Positions 28,862 to 37,620 are shown, counted from the first letter of the stretch. The stretch is DNA of 64,000 nucleotides from an uncultured Bacteroidales bacterium (GCA_946055165.1 CAMGFA010000003.1:7786-71785); one strand, 5' to 3'. Numbers and translations are program-made. The notes: a model not told the origin generated them from the sequence alone.

Positions 28862-31339
28862 TTATTCCAAAACTGCAATAGTCACGCCACTTCCTCCCTG
28901 GCGGATGTCCTCGTCCCTTGCTTCCTTCACTCCCGGCATGGTGCGCAGGTATTTCTGAAGCTCTTCGTGGAGAACTCCGCTGCCTTTGCCGTGGATTATT
29001 CTCACAGGGCTGACCCCGAGCATAAGGGCATCGTCAATGAAGTGTGTCACAATGTCAAGTGCTGCATTGAGCCTTTCGCCACGGATGTCGATTTCCGGTT
29101 TGAAGTTGAGCTTCCGGGCGGTGATGGCAGGGTCCACCTTCTCGTAAACCGGGGTGAAGGATTTTTTTGCAGCCTGTCTGTATTCGTTGGCCGAAATCCT
29201 CTCTACCTTGTCTGGAGAGAGCTTGCTGCTGATGTTGCCTATCACCACCTTTATTTCTTTGGCCGATACCATAACCACCTCTCCAACCATTCCGTTGGCC
29301 TTCACTCTCACTTTCTCTCCGATTTTGAGCGGGGCATTCGCCCATTCCTCGTCTCTTTTGCTCTTCGGGGCCTCGCTTTTTTTCTTCCTTTTCTGCAGCT
29401 GGTCCAGCTTCCGGTTTATATAGGCATCGTGGTCCTGCTGCTGTTTGGCCTTTGACTCCTCCAAAGCCTGGATAAAGCCCTTAAGTTCAGCCCTTGCGGC
29501 CTTTGTCTTGTCTTTGTCGGCCTGGCTTTCGCGGATGGTGCGGATGGTCTGTTCCACCTGTCTGCCGGCGCCCTTTACAATGTCGGCCGCCTCCTTTCGG
29601 GCATCTTCAATTATTTGTTTCTTCTGCTCCTGAATGTTCTGGAGCTCCTGTTCGTAGCGTTCCGTTACGGCTTCCAGAGTCTTGTCCGCGTGCTTTACCT
29701 TTTGGATTTTTTCGTCCAGTACACGGCGCCCCTTTGCAATGCGCCTAAGGTTTCTCTCTATGTCCACAAATTCTTCCCCGGCTCTCTGCTCAGCATCTTT
29801 GACTATGCTCTCCGGGAGTCCGGTCTTGCGGGCCAGTTCGAAGGCGAAAGAATTGCCGGGCATTCCGATCTGGAGTTCGAAGAGTGGAGCTATCTTGTTG
29901 CTGTCGAAGAGCATTGCCCCGTTTATTACGTGGGTTTGAGCTCCGGTAGCATAGAGTTTGAGGCGGGTGTAGTGGGTGGTTATCACTCCGTAGCAGAGTC
30001 TGTTGTCGAATTCGCTCAGTAGGGCTTCGGCTATGGCACCTCCTGCTGCAGGCTCGGTTCCGGAGCCGAATTCGTCGATAAGAAGCAGGCTCTTTTCGTT
30101 GCAGTGTTCCAGCATCTGCTTCATGTCCAGCAGGAAGGAACTGTATGTGCTGAGGTCGTTTTCCAGAGACTGGTCGTCCCCGATGCAGAGCATAATCTCT
30201 TCAAATACAGGCATTTCCGAACTTTCGGAGGTAGGCACAAGCATACCCCATTGGAACATATACTGCAGCAGGCCTACAGTTTTCAGACATACTGATTTGC
30301 CTCCGGCGTTGGGCCCGGAGATCATCAGAATTCTCTTGTCCGGAGTGAGGCTTATGGTGAGCGGGCAGATTTGCCGGCCTTCCTTTTTCAGGCTCTGTTC
30401 CAAAAGCGGATGCCTGGCCTTGCGCAGATGCAGTTCCCCGCAGTTGGAGATTGCCGGCATTCCGGCCACATAGTCCAGTGCCGTCTGTGCTTTGGCCATC
30501 AGGAAATCCATCTCTCCCATTTCGGCCGATGCCTCTATGAGCTTTGGCAGGGAAGGGCGTATGAACTCGCTGAAAGAGAAGAGGATGCGGGAAATTTCCT
30601 GCTTTTCCCTGAAATGCAGGTCGGCTATTTCGTTTTCGAGGTCTATCACTTCCGCCGGCTCAATGAAGCAGGTTTTTCCGCTTGCGGAAAGGTCGAAGAC
30701 AAAGCCCTGGATCTTGCGCTTGCTGGAACTGTTTATGGGGATGAGGAACTTTCCTTCACGTATGCTCACCTGCGCGTCGGCATCGGCCAGACCATCGTCC
30801 TGCGCTTTTTTGAGAATTGCGGCTGCCCTTTTGGCAATGGATGCCTCCTTTCCGCGCAGTTCGGTGCGGATGTGGAAAAGCTCTTCCGAGGCCGAGTCTT
30901 TCATCTGGCCGTATCGGTCGATAATCTCCTCTATCCTGTGGCGGATGTCCGAGAAATTGCCCAGACGGGCTGCACTGCGCTTGAGCAGGGGATAGACGCC
31001 GTCTTTTATGGAAAAAAAGAAGGAATTGGTTCTGCGTACGAGCTCGATAAGGGTTCCCAGTTTGCCTATGCTCACCAGGTCTATGCAGCTGCCTTCCTGC
31101 TGGAGCGCCTCCAGAAAGGGGAGCGTATCGACATAGCCGGTGGTGGGGAACTTGTCTTCGAACATCAGCACCAGACGCATTTCGTCCGTGATGGCAAGTC
31201 TGCGGCGTATTTCGGCTTCGTCGGTGCAAAATTCCTCCTCTGCCACCCTTCCGGCGGCGTATTCCGTCTGGCACTTGTCCTGAATCTGCTCCCGGATCTT
31301 GTCAAAGCCCAGCTTCGCTTCCAGTCTTGCTCTCGTCAT
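28862..31339 (-). CDS. mutS2: Endonuclease MutS2 (MutS ATPase + C-terminal Smr domain)
   Basis: 825 aa with Walker A GPNAGGKS, LIDEFGSGTEP and the C-terminal Smr motif IIHGKGSGVL. Confidence 0.9.
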   Translation of the reverse strand: MTRARLEAKLGFDKIREQIQDKCQTEYAAGRVAEEEFCTDEAEIRRRLAITDEMRLVLMFEDKFPTTGYVDTLPFLEALQQEGSCIDLVSIGKLGTLIELVRRTNSFFFSIKDGVYPLLKRSAARLGNFSDIRHRIEEIIDRYGQMKDSASEELFHIRTELRGKEASIAKRAAAILKKAQDDGLADADAQVSIREGKFLIPINSSSKRKIQGFVFDLSASGKTCFIEPAEVIDLENEIADLHFREKQEISRILFSFSEFIRPSLPKLIEASAEMGEMDFLMAKAQTALDYVAGMPAISNCGELHLRKARHPLLEQSLKKEGRQICPLTISLTPDKRILMISGPNAGGKSVCLKTVGLLQYMFQWGMLVPTSESSEMPVFEEIMLCIGDDQSLENDLSTYSSFLLDMKQMLEHCNEKSLLLIDEFGSGTEPAAGGAIAEALLSEFDNRLCYGVITTHYTRLKLYATGAQTHVINGAMLFDSNKIAPLFELQIGMPGNSFAFELARKTGLPESIVKDAEQRAGEEFVDIERNLRRIAKGRRVLDEKIQKVKHADKTLEAVTERYEQELQNIQEQKKQIIEDARKEAADIVKGAGRQVEQTIRTIRESQADKDKTKAARAELKGFIQALEESKAKQQQDHDAYINRKLDQLQKRKKKSEAPKSKRDEEWANAPLKIGEKVRVKANGMVGEVVMVSAKEIKVVIGNISSKLSPDKVERISANEYRQAAKKSFTPVYEKVDPAITARKLNFKPEIDIRGERLNAALDIVTHFIDDALMLGVSPVRIIHGKGSGVLHEELQKYLRTMPGVKEARDEDIRQGGSGVTIAVLE

Positions 31340-32126
31340 TGCTGAGTAGAAGTTTTAAAGTATTGGTGTTCTTAACGTTCTTGATTTTTCCTTCCGATAC
31401 GAACGAGACCGTGCCTCTCTGCTCGCTTACCACTATCACCGAGGCATCGTATTTTTCGCTCAGGCCGATTGCAGCCTTGTGGCGCATTCCGTAGTAGGCG
31501 GGGATGTCCGTGCGCTCCGTGATGGGCAGGGTGCATCGTGCGGCCGCAATCCTGTTCTGCCCCATTATCATTGCGCCGTCGTGCAGAGGGGAGTTCTTGA
31601 AGAATATGTTTTCTATGAGCGCTTTGCTTATGGTGGCGTCTATTTTGTCCCCGGTGTCTGCAATGCTGTTGAGGCTGGCCGCTCCCGGAATTACTATCAG
31701 GGCTCCAACTTTTTGCTCTCCCATCTCAAAGCAGGCCTGGACTATCTCATCTATTTCGTCGTTGGTGAACAGAGTGTTCTTGCTGTTGAGCAACTTCTTG
31801 AAAATGGTGGACTTGCCTTTGCCTGAAAAGACCTTCCGGCCTATATTGAAGAGAAAACTGCGGATTTCGGGCTGGAAAATCACCACCAGAGCTACTGTAC
31901 CCACATCGATTACCGTTCCCAGAATGACCGACATCATTTTCATGTTGAGGGCATCCACCAGCAGGCGCAGAAGCAGCAGGGAAATGATGGCTATGAAGAT
32001 GTTCACAGCTGCCGAGCCTTTTATCCACTTGAAGAGTATGTATATCACCGCTGCAACCATAACGATGTCCAGCAGATCGACTATGGTGAAGCGCAAGAAT
32101 CCTATGTTCGTGAGAATCGAATTCAT
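31302..32126 (-). CDS. cdaA: Diadenylate cyclase (membrane-anchored CdaA type)
   Basis: 274 aa with three N-terminal TM segments and DAC-domain motifs (GALIVI, PLHDGAMI, MRHKAAIGLSE). Its 3' end overlaps the mutS2 start by 38 nt. Confidence 0.85.
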   Translation of the reverse strand: MNSILTNIGFLRFTIVDLLDIVMVAAVIYILFKWIKGSAAVNIFIAIISLLLLRLLVDALNMKMMSVILGTVIDVGTVALVVIFQPEIRSFLFNIGRKVFSGKGKSTIFKKLLNSKNTLFTNDEIDEIVQACFEMGEQKVGALIVIPGAASLNSIADTGDKIDATISKALIENIFFKNSPLHDGAMIMGQNRIAAARCTLPITERTDIPAYYGMRHKAAIGLSEKYDASVIVVSEQRGTVSFVSEGKIKNVKNTNTLKLLLSNDESKTGSEAGL

Positions 32127-32133
32127 AATGCCA

Positions 32134-32141
32134 CAAATCTA
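32134..32141 (-). promoter_or_regulatory. -7 promoter motif candidate (TAGATTTG on the minus strand) for cdaA
   Basis: The plus strand reads CAAATCTA, only 7 nt upstream of the cdaA ATG (32126). This implies a very short leader. Confidence 0.3.
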
Positions 32142-32206
32142 ATAAAAAATATGCAGTTTTTCATTATTTTTCTTGTCCGCCTTTGACTGCAAGTTCGCGT
32201 GAAAAA

Positions 32207-32237
32207 TTTGGATTTTGCCAAAAAATGTTTATATTTG
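32207..32237 (+). promoter_or_regulatory. Promoter candidate for the rplC-rpsC unit (-33 TTTG, 19-nt spacer, -7 TATATTTG)
   Basis: TTTG sits at 32207-32210 and TATATTTG at 32230-32237, about 60 nt upstream of rplC in an AT-rich divergent intergenic region. Confidence 0.5.
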
Positions 32238-32296
32238 CAGCCCCTTAAAAAGGGATTTAGAATTTTTAATTTTATAAACAATTAATTATCAAACCA

Positions 32297-32920
32297 ATGC
32301 CTGGATTAATTGGAAAGAAAATCGGAATGACTTCCGTTTTCGGTGCCGATGGAAAGAATATTCCATGCACCGTTATCGAGGCTGGTCCGTGCGTTGTTAC
32401 GCAGCTCCGTACAGTAGAGAAAGATGGTTATGCCGCTGTACAGCTTGCCTATGACGAAACCACAGAAAAGCACACCAGCGCGCCTCTCCAGGGGCACTTC
32501 AAAAAGGCAGGAACCACTCCTAAGCGCAAACTCGTCGAGTTCAAGGACGATTTCGCAGGAGAACTCAAGCTCGGCGACACCGTAGCGCTCTCAGATGTTC
32601 TCGAGGGTGTAAACTACGTGGATGTTGTCGGTACTTCCAAGGGTAAAGGCTTCCAGGGCGTTGTAAAACGTCACGGATTTGCCGGTGTGGGCGGTCAGAC
32701 CCATGGTCAGCACAACCGTCTCCGTCACCCGGGTTCAATGGGTGCATCATCTTGGCCTTCACGCGTATTCCCGGGAATGCGTATGGCAGGTCATATGGGC
32801 AATGTTAGAGTTAAAGTTGAGAATCTTCAGGTGCTCAAACTCATCCCTGAGAGCAATCTTCTCGTTGTCAAGGGTTCCGTACCGGGAGCCAAGGGTTCTT
32901 ATGTAATTGTGGAGGCTTAA
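32297..32920 (+). CDS. rplC: 50S ribosomal protein L3
   Basis: 207 aa starting [15 protein letters not shown], with [14 protein letters not shown]. Confidence 0.97.
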   Translation: MPGLIGKKIGMTSVFGADGKNIPCTVIEAGPCVVTQLRTVEKDGYAAVQLAYDETTEKHTSAPLQGHFKKAGTTPKRKLVEFKDDFAGELKLGDTVALSDVLEGVNYVDVVGTSKGKGFQGVVKRHGFAGVGGQTHGQHNRLRHPGSMGASSWPSRVFPGMRMAGHMGNVRVKVENLQVLKLIPESNLLVVKGSVPGAKGSYVIVEA

Positions 32921-32924
32921 GAGT

Positions 32925-33551
32925 ATGGTACTTTCAGTTTACAAAATCGACGGAACAGATTCCGGAAAGCAGGTAACTCTCGACGAAAGAGTATTTGGCC
33001 TGACCCCTAACGATCACGCTATCTATCTCGATGTTGTCCAGTATCTGGCAAATCAGCGTCAGGGCACATCCAAGACAAAGGACCGCAGTGAGAACGCACA
33101 CAGCACCAAGAAGCTCGGTCGCCAGAAAGGCGGCGGCGGTGCACGTCACGGTTCTCTCAAGTCCGGTATATTCGTAGGCGGCGGTACCATCCACGGTCCA
33201 AAGCCACGCTGCTACTGGCACAAGCTCAACAAGAAGGTTAAATCTTTGGCCCGCTGCTCAGCTCTTTCCTACAAGGCTGCAGAGAACGCCATCACCTTCG
33301 TGGAGCCATTCGCTATGGAAGCTCCGAAGACCAAGGAATTCATGCAGATTCTTGCCAACATCAAGGCAGGCGACCGCAAAGTCCTCTTCGTTCTCCCTTC
33401 GAATTCGAACAACATTTTCCTTTCATCCCGCAACCTTCCGAACGTGAATGTCATCACTGTTGACGAAATCAACACCTACGCTATCATGAATGCGAACTCA
33501 CTCGTTCTCGTGGACGGCGTTCAGGACATTCTCTCTTCAAGGGTTAAATAA
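32925..33551 (+). CDS. rplD: 50S ribosomal protein L4
   Basis: The ATG at 32925 (MVLSVYKIDGT...) lies 4 nt after the rplC stop. The track start at 32907 is a TTG inside rplC. The motif RQKGGGGARHG is present. Confidence 0.95.
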   Translation: MVLSVYKIDGTDSGKQVTLDERVFGLTPNDHAIYLDVVQYLANQRQGTSKTKDRSENAHSTKKLGRQKGGGGARHGSLKSGIFVGGGTIHGPKPRCYWHKLNKKVKSLARCSALSYKAAENAITFVEPFAMEAPKTKEFMQILANIKAGDRKVLFVLPSNSNNIFLSSRNLPNVNVITVDEINTYAIMNANSLVLVDGVQDILSSRVK

Positions 33552-33564
33552 AACAGACTAAGAG

Positions 33565-33855
33565 ATGGGAATTTTAATTAAGCCAATCGTTACAGAGAAG
33601 CTTTCGGCTCAGGGCGAAAAGTTGAACCGTTACGGCTTTGTTGTTGATCGCAAAGCCAACAAGCTTCAGATCAAGGACGCTGTTGAGGCTCTTTACGGAG
33701 TTTCAGTTGCAGACGTCAATACAGTCAACTATCACGGCAAGAGAAAACAGCGCTACACAAAGGCCGGTCTTCTCCGTGGCCGTATGAATCACTACAAGAA
33801 GGCTTATGTCACTCTTGCCGGTGAGGACAAGATAGATTTTTACGCTAATATCTAG
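33565..33855 (+). CDS. rplW: 50S ribosomal protein L23
   Basis: 96 aa with IKPIVTEK and the KKAYVTL pattern. Confidence 0.95.
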   Translation: MGILIKPIVTEKLSAQGEKLNRYGFVVDRKANKLQIKDAVEALYGVSVADVNTVNYHGKRKQRYTKAGLLRGRMNHYKKAYVTLAGEDKIDFYANI

Positions 33856-33867
33856 GAGGAATAGACA

Positions 33868-34692
33868 ATGGCAATCAAAAAATTCAAACCAACGACCCCT
33901 GGTCAGAGGAACAAGGCTATCAGTGCATTCGACGAAATCACTACAAACAAGCCTCAGAAATCATTGTTGGAGCCTCTCAAGAGAACTGGCGGACGCAACA
34001 ATACAGGTCAGATGACAATGCGCTATATCGGTGGCGGACACAAGAAGATGTATCGTGTCATCGATTTCCTGCGCAACAAGGACAACGTGCCTGCAGAGGT
34101 TCTTACCATCGAGTACGACCCTAACCGCAGTGCCCGCATTGCCCTGGTACAGTATGCCGACGGCGAAAAGCGTTATATCATCGCTCCGGCAGGACTTAAA
34201 GTAGGCCAGAAGGTCGAGTCCGGAAGCGGAGTTGCACCTGAGGTCGGTAACACTCTCCCTCTCAGTGAGATTCCGGTAGGTACCATGGTTCACGCCATCG
34301 AGCTTCGCCCTGGTCAGGGTGCTGCAATGGCCCGTTCCGCAGGTACTTTTGCACAGCTCGCCGCCCGTGAAGGCAACCACGCTGTTCTCCGCCTGCCTTC
34401 AGGTGAGACCCGTATGGTGCTTGTAAGCTGCCGCGCAACCGTTGGTGTGGTATCGAACGGAGACCACAACCTCGAGTCCTACGGCAAGGCTGGCCGCAGC
34501 CGCTGGCTGGGCCGTCGCCCTCACAACCGCGGTGTTGTTATGAACCCTCACGATCACCCTATGGGAGGTGGTGAAGGACGTGCATCCGGTGGACATCCTC
34601 GTTCACGCAAGGGCTTGCCAGCCAAGGGATACAAGACACGTAATCCTAAGGCTACTTCAAACAAGTTCATTATTGAAAGAAGAAAGAAATAA
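33868..34692 (+). CDS. rplB: 50S ribosomal protein L2
   Basis: 274 aa starting [14 protein letters not shown], with GGGEGR and SGGHP. Confidence 0.97.
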   Translation: MAIKKFKPTTPGQRNKAISAFDEITTNKPQKSLLEPLKRTGGRNNTGQMTMRYIGGGHKKMYRVIDFLRNKDNVPAEVLTIEYDPNRSARIALVQYADGEKRYIIAPAGLKVGQKVESGSGVAPEVGNTLPLSEIPVGTMVHAIELRPGQGAAMARSAGTFAQLAAREGNHAVLRLPSGETRMVLVSCRATVGVVSNGDHNLESYGKAGRSRWLGRRPHNRGVVMNPHDHPMGGGEGRASGGHPRSRKGLPAKGYKTRNPKATSNKFIIERRKK

Positions 34693-34714
34693 TCGGAATT
34701 AAACTTTAGAGATT

Positions 34715-34987
34715 ATGAGTCGTTCATTAAGAAAAGGTCCATACATCCAGGAAGCACTGGAAAAGAAGATTCTTGCTATGAATGATGGTAGCAAGAAAAA
34801 AGAGGTGGTCAAGACCTGGTCACGTGCCAGCATGATTTCCCCTGACTTCATCGGACACACAATCGCAGTTCATAACGGAAACAAGTTTATTCCGGTTTAT
34901 GTAACGGAGCAGATGGTGGGTCACAAACTCGGTGAGTTCGCACCGACACGTATCTTCAGAGGTCACTCTGGCAACAACAAGAAATAA
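34715..34987 (+). CDS. rpsS: 30S ribosomal protein S19
   Basis: 90 aa starting [10 protein letters not shown], with [27 protein letters not shown]. Confidence 0.97.
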   Translation: MSRSLRKGPYIQEALEKKILAMNDGSKKKEVVKTWSRASMISPDFIGHTIAVHNGNKFIPVYVTEQMVGHKLGEFAPTRIFRGHSGNNKK

Positions 34988-34998
34988 GGAGATAAATT

Positions 34999-35415
34999 AT
35001 GGGATCACGTAAAAGACTTATGGCCGAAAAGCTCAAGGAGCAGAAGAAGGCTACAGCTATTGCAAAGCTCAACGACGTTCCTACATCTCCACGTAAGATG
35101 CGTCTTGTTGCAGACACAATCAGAGGCGTTGAGGTTAACCGCGCACTCGATCTTCTCAAGTTCTCCAAGAGGGAGGCAGCAGGTCGTCTGGCAGTTCTTC
35201 TCAAGAGCGCCATCGCCAACTGGGAGGCAAAGAACCCAGAGAATGCAAAAGAACTGGACAACGGCAACGTTATCGTAAAGACCATTATGGTCGATCCGGG
35301 CCGCACGCTCAAGCGTATCCGTCCTTGCCCTCAGGGCAGAGCCGGCCGCATCCGCAAGCGTTCCAACCACGTTACCATTGTTCTTGATGTCAAACAACCA
35401 GTAGAGAACAAATAA
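34999..35415 (+). CDS. rplV: 50S ribosomal protein L22
   Basis: 138 aa with [14 protein letters not shown] and the ...[13 protein letters not shown] pattern. Confidence 0.95.
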   Translation: MGSRKRLMAEKLKEQKKATAIAKLNDVPTSPRKMRLVADTIRGVEVNRALDLLKFSKREAAGRLAVLLKSAIANWEAKNPENAKELDNGNVIVKTIMVDPGRTLKRIRPCPQGRAGRIRKRSNHVTIVLDVKQPVENK

Positions 35416-35416
35416 T

Positions 35417-36163
35417 ATGGGACAGAAAACAAATCCTATCAGCAACCGTATCGGTATCACACGTGGTTGGGACTCTAACTGGTGTGGTGGAAATTACGCA
35501 GAAAAAATTGCGGAGGACTTCGAAATCCGCAAATACCTCAACAACCGTCTTGCAAAGGCCAGCCTTTCCAAGATCGTTATCGAGAGAACTCTCAAGCTCA
35601 TCACTGTAACCATCTATGCAGCCCGTCCAGGTTTCATTATCGGCAAGGGTGGCACCGAGGTTGACAAACTCAAGGAAGAGCTTAAGAAGGTAACCAAGAA
35701 GGATGTTCAGATCAACATCTATGAGGTTAAGAAGCCGGAAGTTGATGCTCATATTGTGGCAGACTCCATCGCCCGTCAGATTGAGGGCCGTGTAAGCTAC
35801 CGCAGGGCTATCAAGATGGCTGTTTCCAACACAATGCGTGTAGGCGCAGAAGGTATCAAGGTTCAGATCAGCGGCCGTGTAGGCGGTGCTGAAATGGCCC
35901 GCAGCGAGATGTTCAAGGAAGGTCGTACACCTCTCCACACATTCCGTGCAGATATCGACTACGCTCTTGCAGTTGCAAACACCAAAGTTGGTGCACTTGG
36001 CATCAAGGTTTGGATTTGCAATGGTGAGAAGTACGGCAGACAGGATCTTACTCCTGCAGCCCTCGCCGCTTCCAACGCTCAGGCAGCCGGTGCCGGCCGT
36101 CCTGGACGCAACGACAGAGGCTCCCGCCGTGGCGACCGCCGCTCCCGCAGAGACAGCAAGTAA
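35417..36163 (+). CDS. rpsC: 30S ribosomal protein S3
   Basis: 248 aa starting MGQKTNPI, with a KH domain (GFIIGKGG) and a basic R/S/D-rich C-terminal tail. Confidence 0.97.
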   Translation: MGQKTNPISNRIGITRGWDSNWCGGNYAEKIAEDFEIRKYLNNRLAKASLSKIVIERTLKLITVTIYAARPGFIIGKGGTEVDKLKEELKKVTKKDVQINIYEVKKPEVDAHIVADSIARQIEGRVSYRRAIKMAVSNTMRVGAEGIKVQISGRVGGAEMARSEMFKEGRTPLHTFRADIDYALAVANTKVGALGIKVWICNGEKYGRQDLTPAALAASNAQAAGAGRPGRNDRGSRRGDRRSRRDSK

Positions 36164-36185
36164 ATCTTGCTTTTGCATAACGAAC

Positions 36186-36222
36186 AAGAGGCTGAGCTTC
36201 AAGGCTCAGCCTCTTTTCCGTT
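36186..36222 (+). terminator. Intrinsic terminator directly after rpsC
   Basis: The 12-bp stem AAGAGGCTGAGC (36186-36197) pairs with GCTCAGCCTCTT (36204-36215) around a 6-nt loop. The T-rich run TTCCGTTTCC follows. Confidence 0.7.
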
Positions 36223-36239
36223 TCCACAACAACATTGCT

Positions 36240-36270
36240 TTCGCTAAAATGAAATAATTTCAGTCAAAAT
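36240..36270. repeat. Isolated 31-bp fragment of the 50-bp repeat unit
   Basis: TTCGCTAAAATGAAATAATTTCAGTCAAAAT matches the junction plus first half of the unit found at 36338-36424 and 37427-37532, with 2 substitutions. Confidence 0.8.
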
Positions 36271-36337
36271 GTATTATACTGAAAAAGGTTGACTCACAAA
36301 GCAAGAGTTAACAATGTTCATTTATCAAACAGAGAAG

Positions 36338-36424
36338 CAAAATAGCGAAAAAAGGCTATATTTTCGCTAAAATGAAGTATTTTCAGTCAAAATAGCGAAA
36401 AAAGGCCCTATTTTCGCTAAAATG
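36338..36424. repeat. Left block of 50-bp tandem repeats (about 1.7 units)
   Basis: The unit is AAATGAAGTATTTTCAGTCAAAATAGCGAAAAAAGGCCCTATTTTCGCTA, with a full copy at 36370-36419. Each unit holds a perfect 9-bp palindromic stem, TAGCGAAAA / TTTTCGCTA, around a 9-nt loop. Confidence 0.9.
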
Positions 36425-36584
36425 GCCCCGTAGCAAACCAGTCCCGTAGCTACAACTCTGCTCAAGTCCCGCCATCTAAAATAATGGTCACCTGTCAGAA
36501 TACATCGAGGATTGTCTCCTGAGCACCTGGACAACTTTATCAAATGGTATCTATACTTCACTGACGAAAAGAAACGTAAAGAAA

Positions 36585-36699
36585 GGTGACGCAGCCTCGC
36601 ATTACGCGGCTCGGCTGCTACAGCTCGCCGCTACGGTGGGCTCTGTGGATTGGCCCTCCTCGCGGCGGCTGTCACCAACTATTTATGTCCACATTACCA
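36585..36699 (-). terminator. GC-rich structured segment downstream of the XRE gene stop (possible long-stem terminator)
   Basis: On the minus strand GGTGAC-AGCC (from 36680 downward) can pair with GGCT-GC-GTCACC (ending at 36585). Internal GC helices include GCCGC/GCGGC, GGGC/GCCC and GCAGCC/GGCTGC. TTTCTTTACGTTTCTTTTCG follows. I did not fold it computationally. Confidence 0.3.
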
Positions 36700-37110
36700 C
36701 TATTCGTCCTGCAGGCGGTCGAGCTGGCGCTGCAAGTAGCCGTTGATGTCCTTGAGGCTGCGGATATGCTCCGTTTGAATTTCAAGCAACCTTTCTGTGT
36801 CGTTTAGTTTTTCCTGAAGGATATTGAGGCGCGATTCCTTAAACATAAGCTGTTCCTTGTTGTAGTCCAGTTCCCGAAGAATATCTTCGTTGTTCCTGCA
36901 GGGATCATAGCCCAAGACAAGGTGGTCTAGACTAATACCGCATTCGTCTGCAATCTTTGGAAGCTGTTTGCAGATGACAGAAGTGCTTCCATGTTCAATT
37001 CTGATGTAGGCCTGCCTCGATATTCCCAATCTCGATGCCATCTCTTCTTGTGAGATTTTTCGGGATTCTCTCGCTTTGAGAATATTCCGTTTAATTTGAG
37101 TGTTATTCAT
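36700..37110 (-). CDS. XRE-family helix-turn-helix protein with C-terminal coiled coil
   Basis: The ATG at 37108-37110 gives MNNTQIKRNILKARESRKISQEEMASRLGISRQAYIRIEHG (an HTH_3-like domain). The C-terminal heptad-rich part is LNILQEKLNDTERLLEIQTEHIRSLKDINGYLQRQLDRLQ. The track start at 37137 is a GTG 9 codons upstream. Confidence 0.75.
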   Translation of the reverse strand: MNNTQIKRNILKARESRKISQEEMASRLGISRQAYIRIEHGSTSVICKQLPKIADECGISLDHLVLGYDPCRNNEDILRELDYNKEQLMFKESRLNILQEKLNDTERLLEIQTEHIRSLKDINGYLQRQLDRLQDE

Positions 37111-37294
37111 ATTGGTCAGTTTTATAAAATCGACCACAATTTTACTAAGATATATTTTCCCTCAAAATACCAGAATACTTTACTGGGCATTAAATTAGTG
37201 CACAAAAGTCTCCCTTTAATTTACATATCTGAAAATTTATCCGCATTTATCTTCATATTCTATCGGTTTTCATCAGGGTTCTCCTCAACTTTTT

Positions 37295-37406
37295 GCGCGC
37301 TCTTGAGGGGCCTTGCCTTCAGAGACTCCTTCCCACTTCGCTACGCTTGTGGGCCCCTTCCTTCCTCAGGAGACGAGGTCTCTTTCGGCAAGGCCCTCAA
37401 GCCCGC
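37295..37406. repeat. Long imperfect inverted repeat (arms of about 32-34 bp, 46-bp spacer)
   Basis: Arm 37295-37328 is GCGCGCTCTTGAGGGGCCTTGCCTTCAGAGACTC. The reverse complement of arm 37375-37406 is GCGGGCTTGAGGGCCTTGCCGAAAGAGACCTC. The shared cores are TTGAGGG, CCTTGCC and AGAGAC. Confidence 0.8.
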
Positions 37407-37426
37407 TTCCCACAGCTTCAACGTAC

Positions 37427-37532
37427 AAATGAAGTAATTTTAGTCAAAATAGCGAAAAAAGGCCCAAATTTCGCTAAAATGAAGTATTTTCAGTCAAAAT
37501 AGCGAAAAAAAGCCCTATTTTCGCTAAAATGA
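37427..37532. repeat. Right block of 50-bp tandem repeats (about 2.1 units), same orientation as the left block
   Basis: The units are 37427-37476 and 37477-37526, plus 6 bp of a third. Unit 37477-37526 differs from unit 36370-36419 at 1 of 50 positions. Confidence 0.9.
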
Positions 37533-37580
37533 GGTCTCTTTCGGCAAGGCCCTCAAGCTCGCTTCAAACAGCATCACCGT
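37531..37580. repeat. Direct second copy of the right inverted-repeat arm and its downstream flank
   Basis: GAGGTCTCTTTCGGCAAGGCCCTCAAGCTCGCTTC (37531-37565) matches 37375-37409 with 1 mismatch. Weaker similarity continues for about 15 bp. Confidence 0.85.
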
Positions 37581-37620
37581 GCCAGATACCCTCTTCATTG
37601 TCCATCATTACATCTGGCAC
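37579..37620. repeat. Hairpin 1: 9-bp perfect inverted repeat with a 24-nt loop
   Basis: GTGCCAGAT (37579-37587) pairs with ATCTGGCAC (37612-37620). Confidence 0.8.

Noticed and set aside
28709-31345. Several + strand ORFs of 130-320 aa (for example 30371-31345)
   Set aside because: They are antisense to mutS2, which has clear Walker A and Smr motifs.
36373-37502. Mini-ORF MKYFQSK encoded inside each full repeat unit
   Set aside because: The frame is not preserved between copies. Other copies read ATG AAA TAA or ATG AAG TAA, so the ATG looks incidental.
36238-37533. Possibility that the 50-bp repeats form a CRISPR array
   Set aside because: The units are directly contiguous with no spacers. 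Only about 2 units occur per block, and there are no cas genes in the window.
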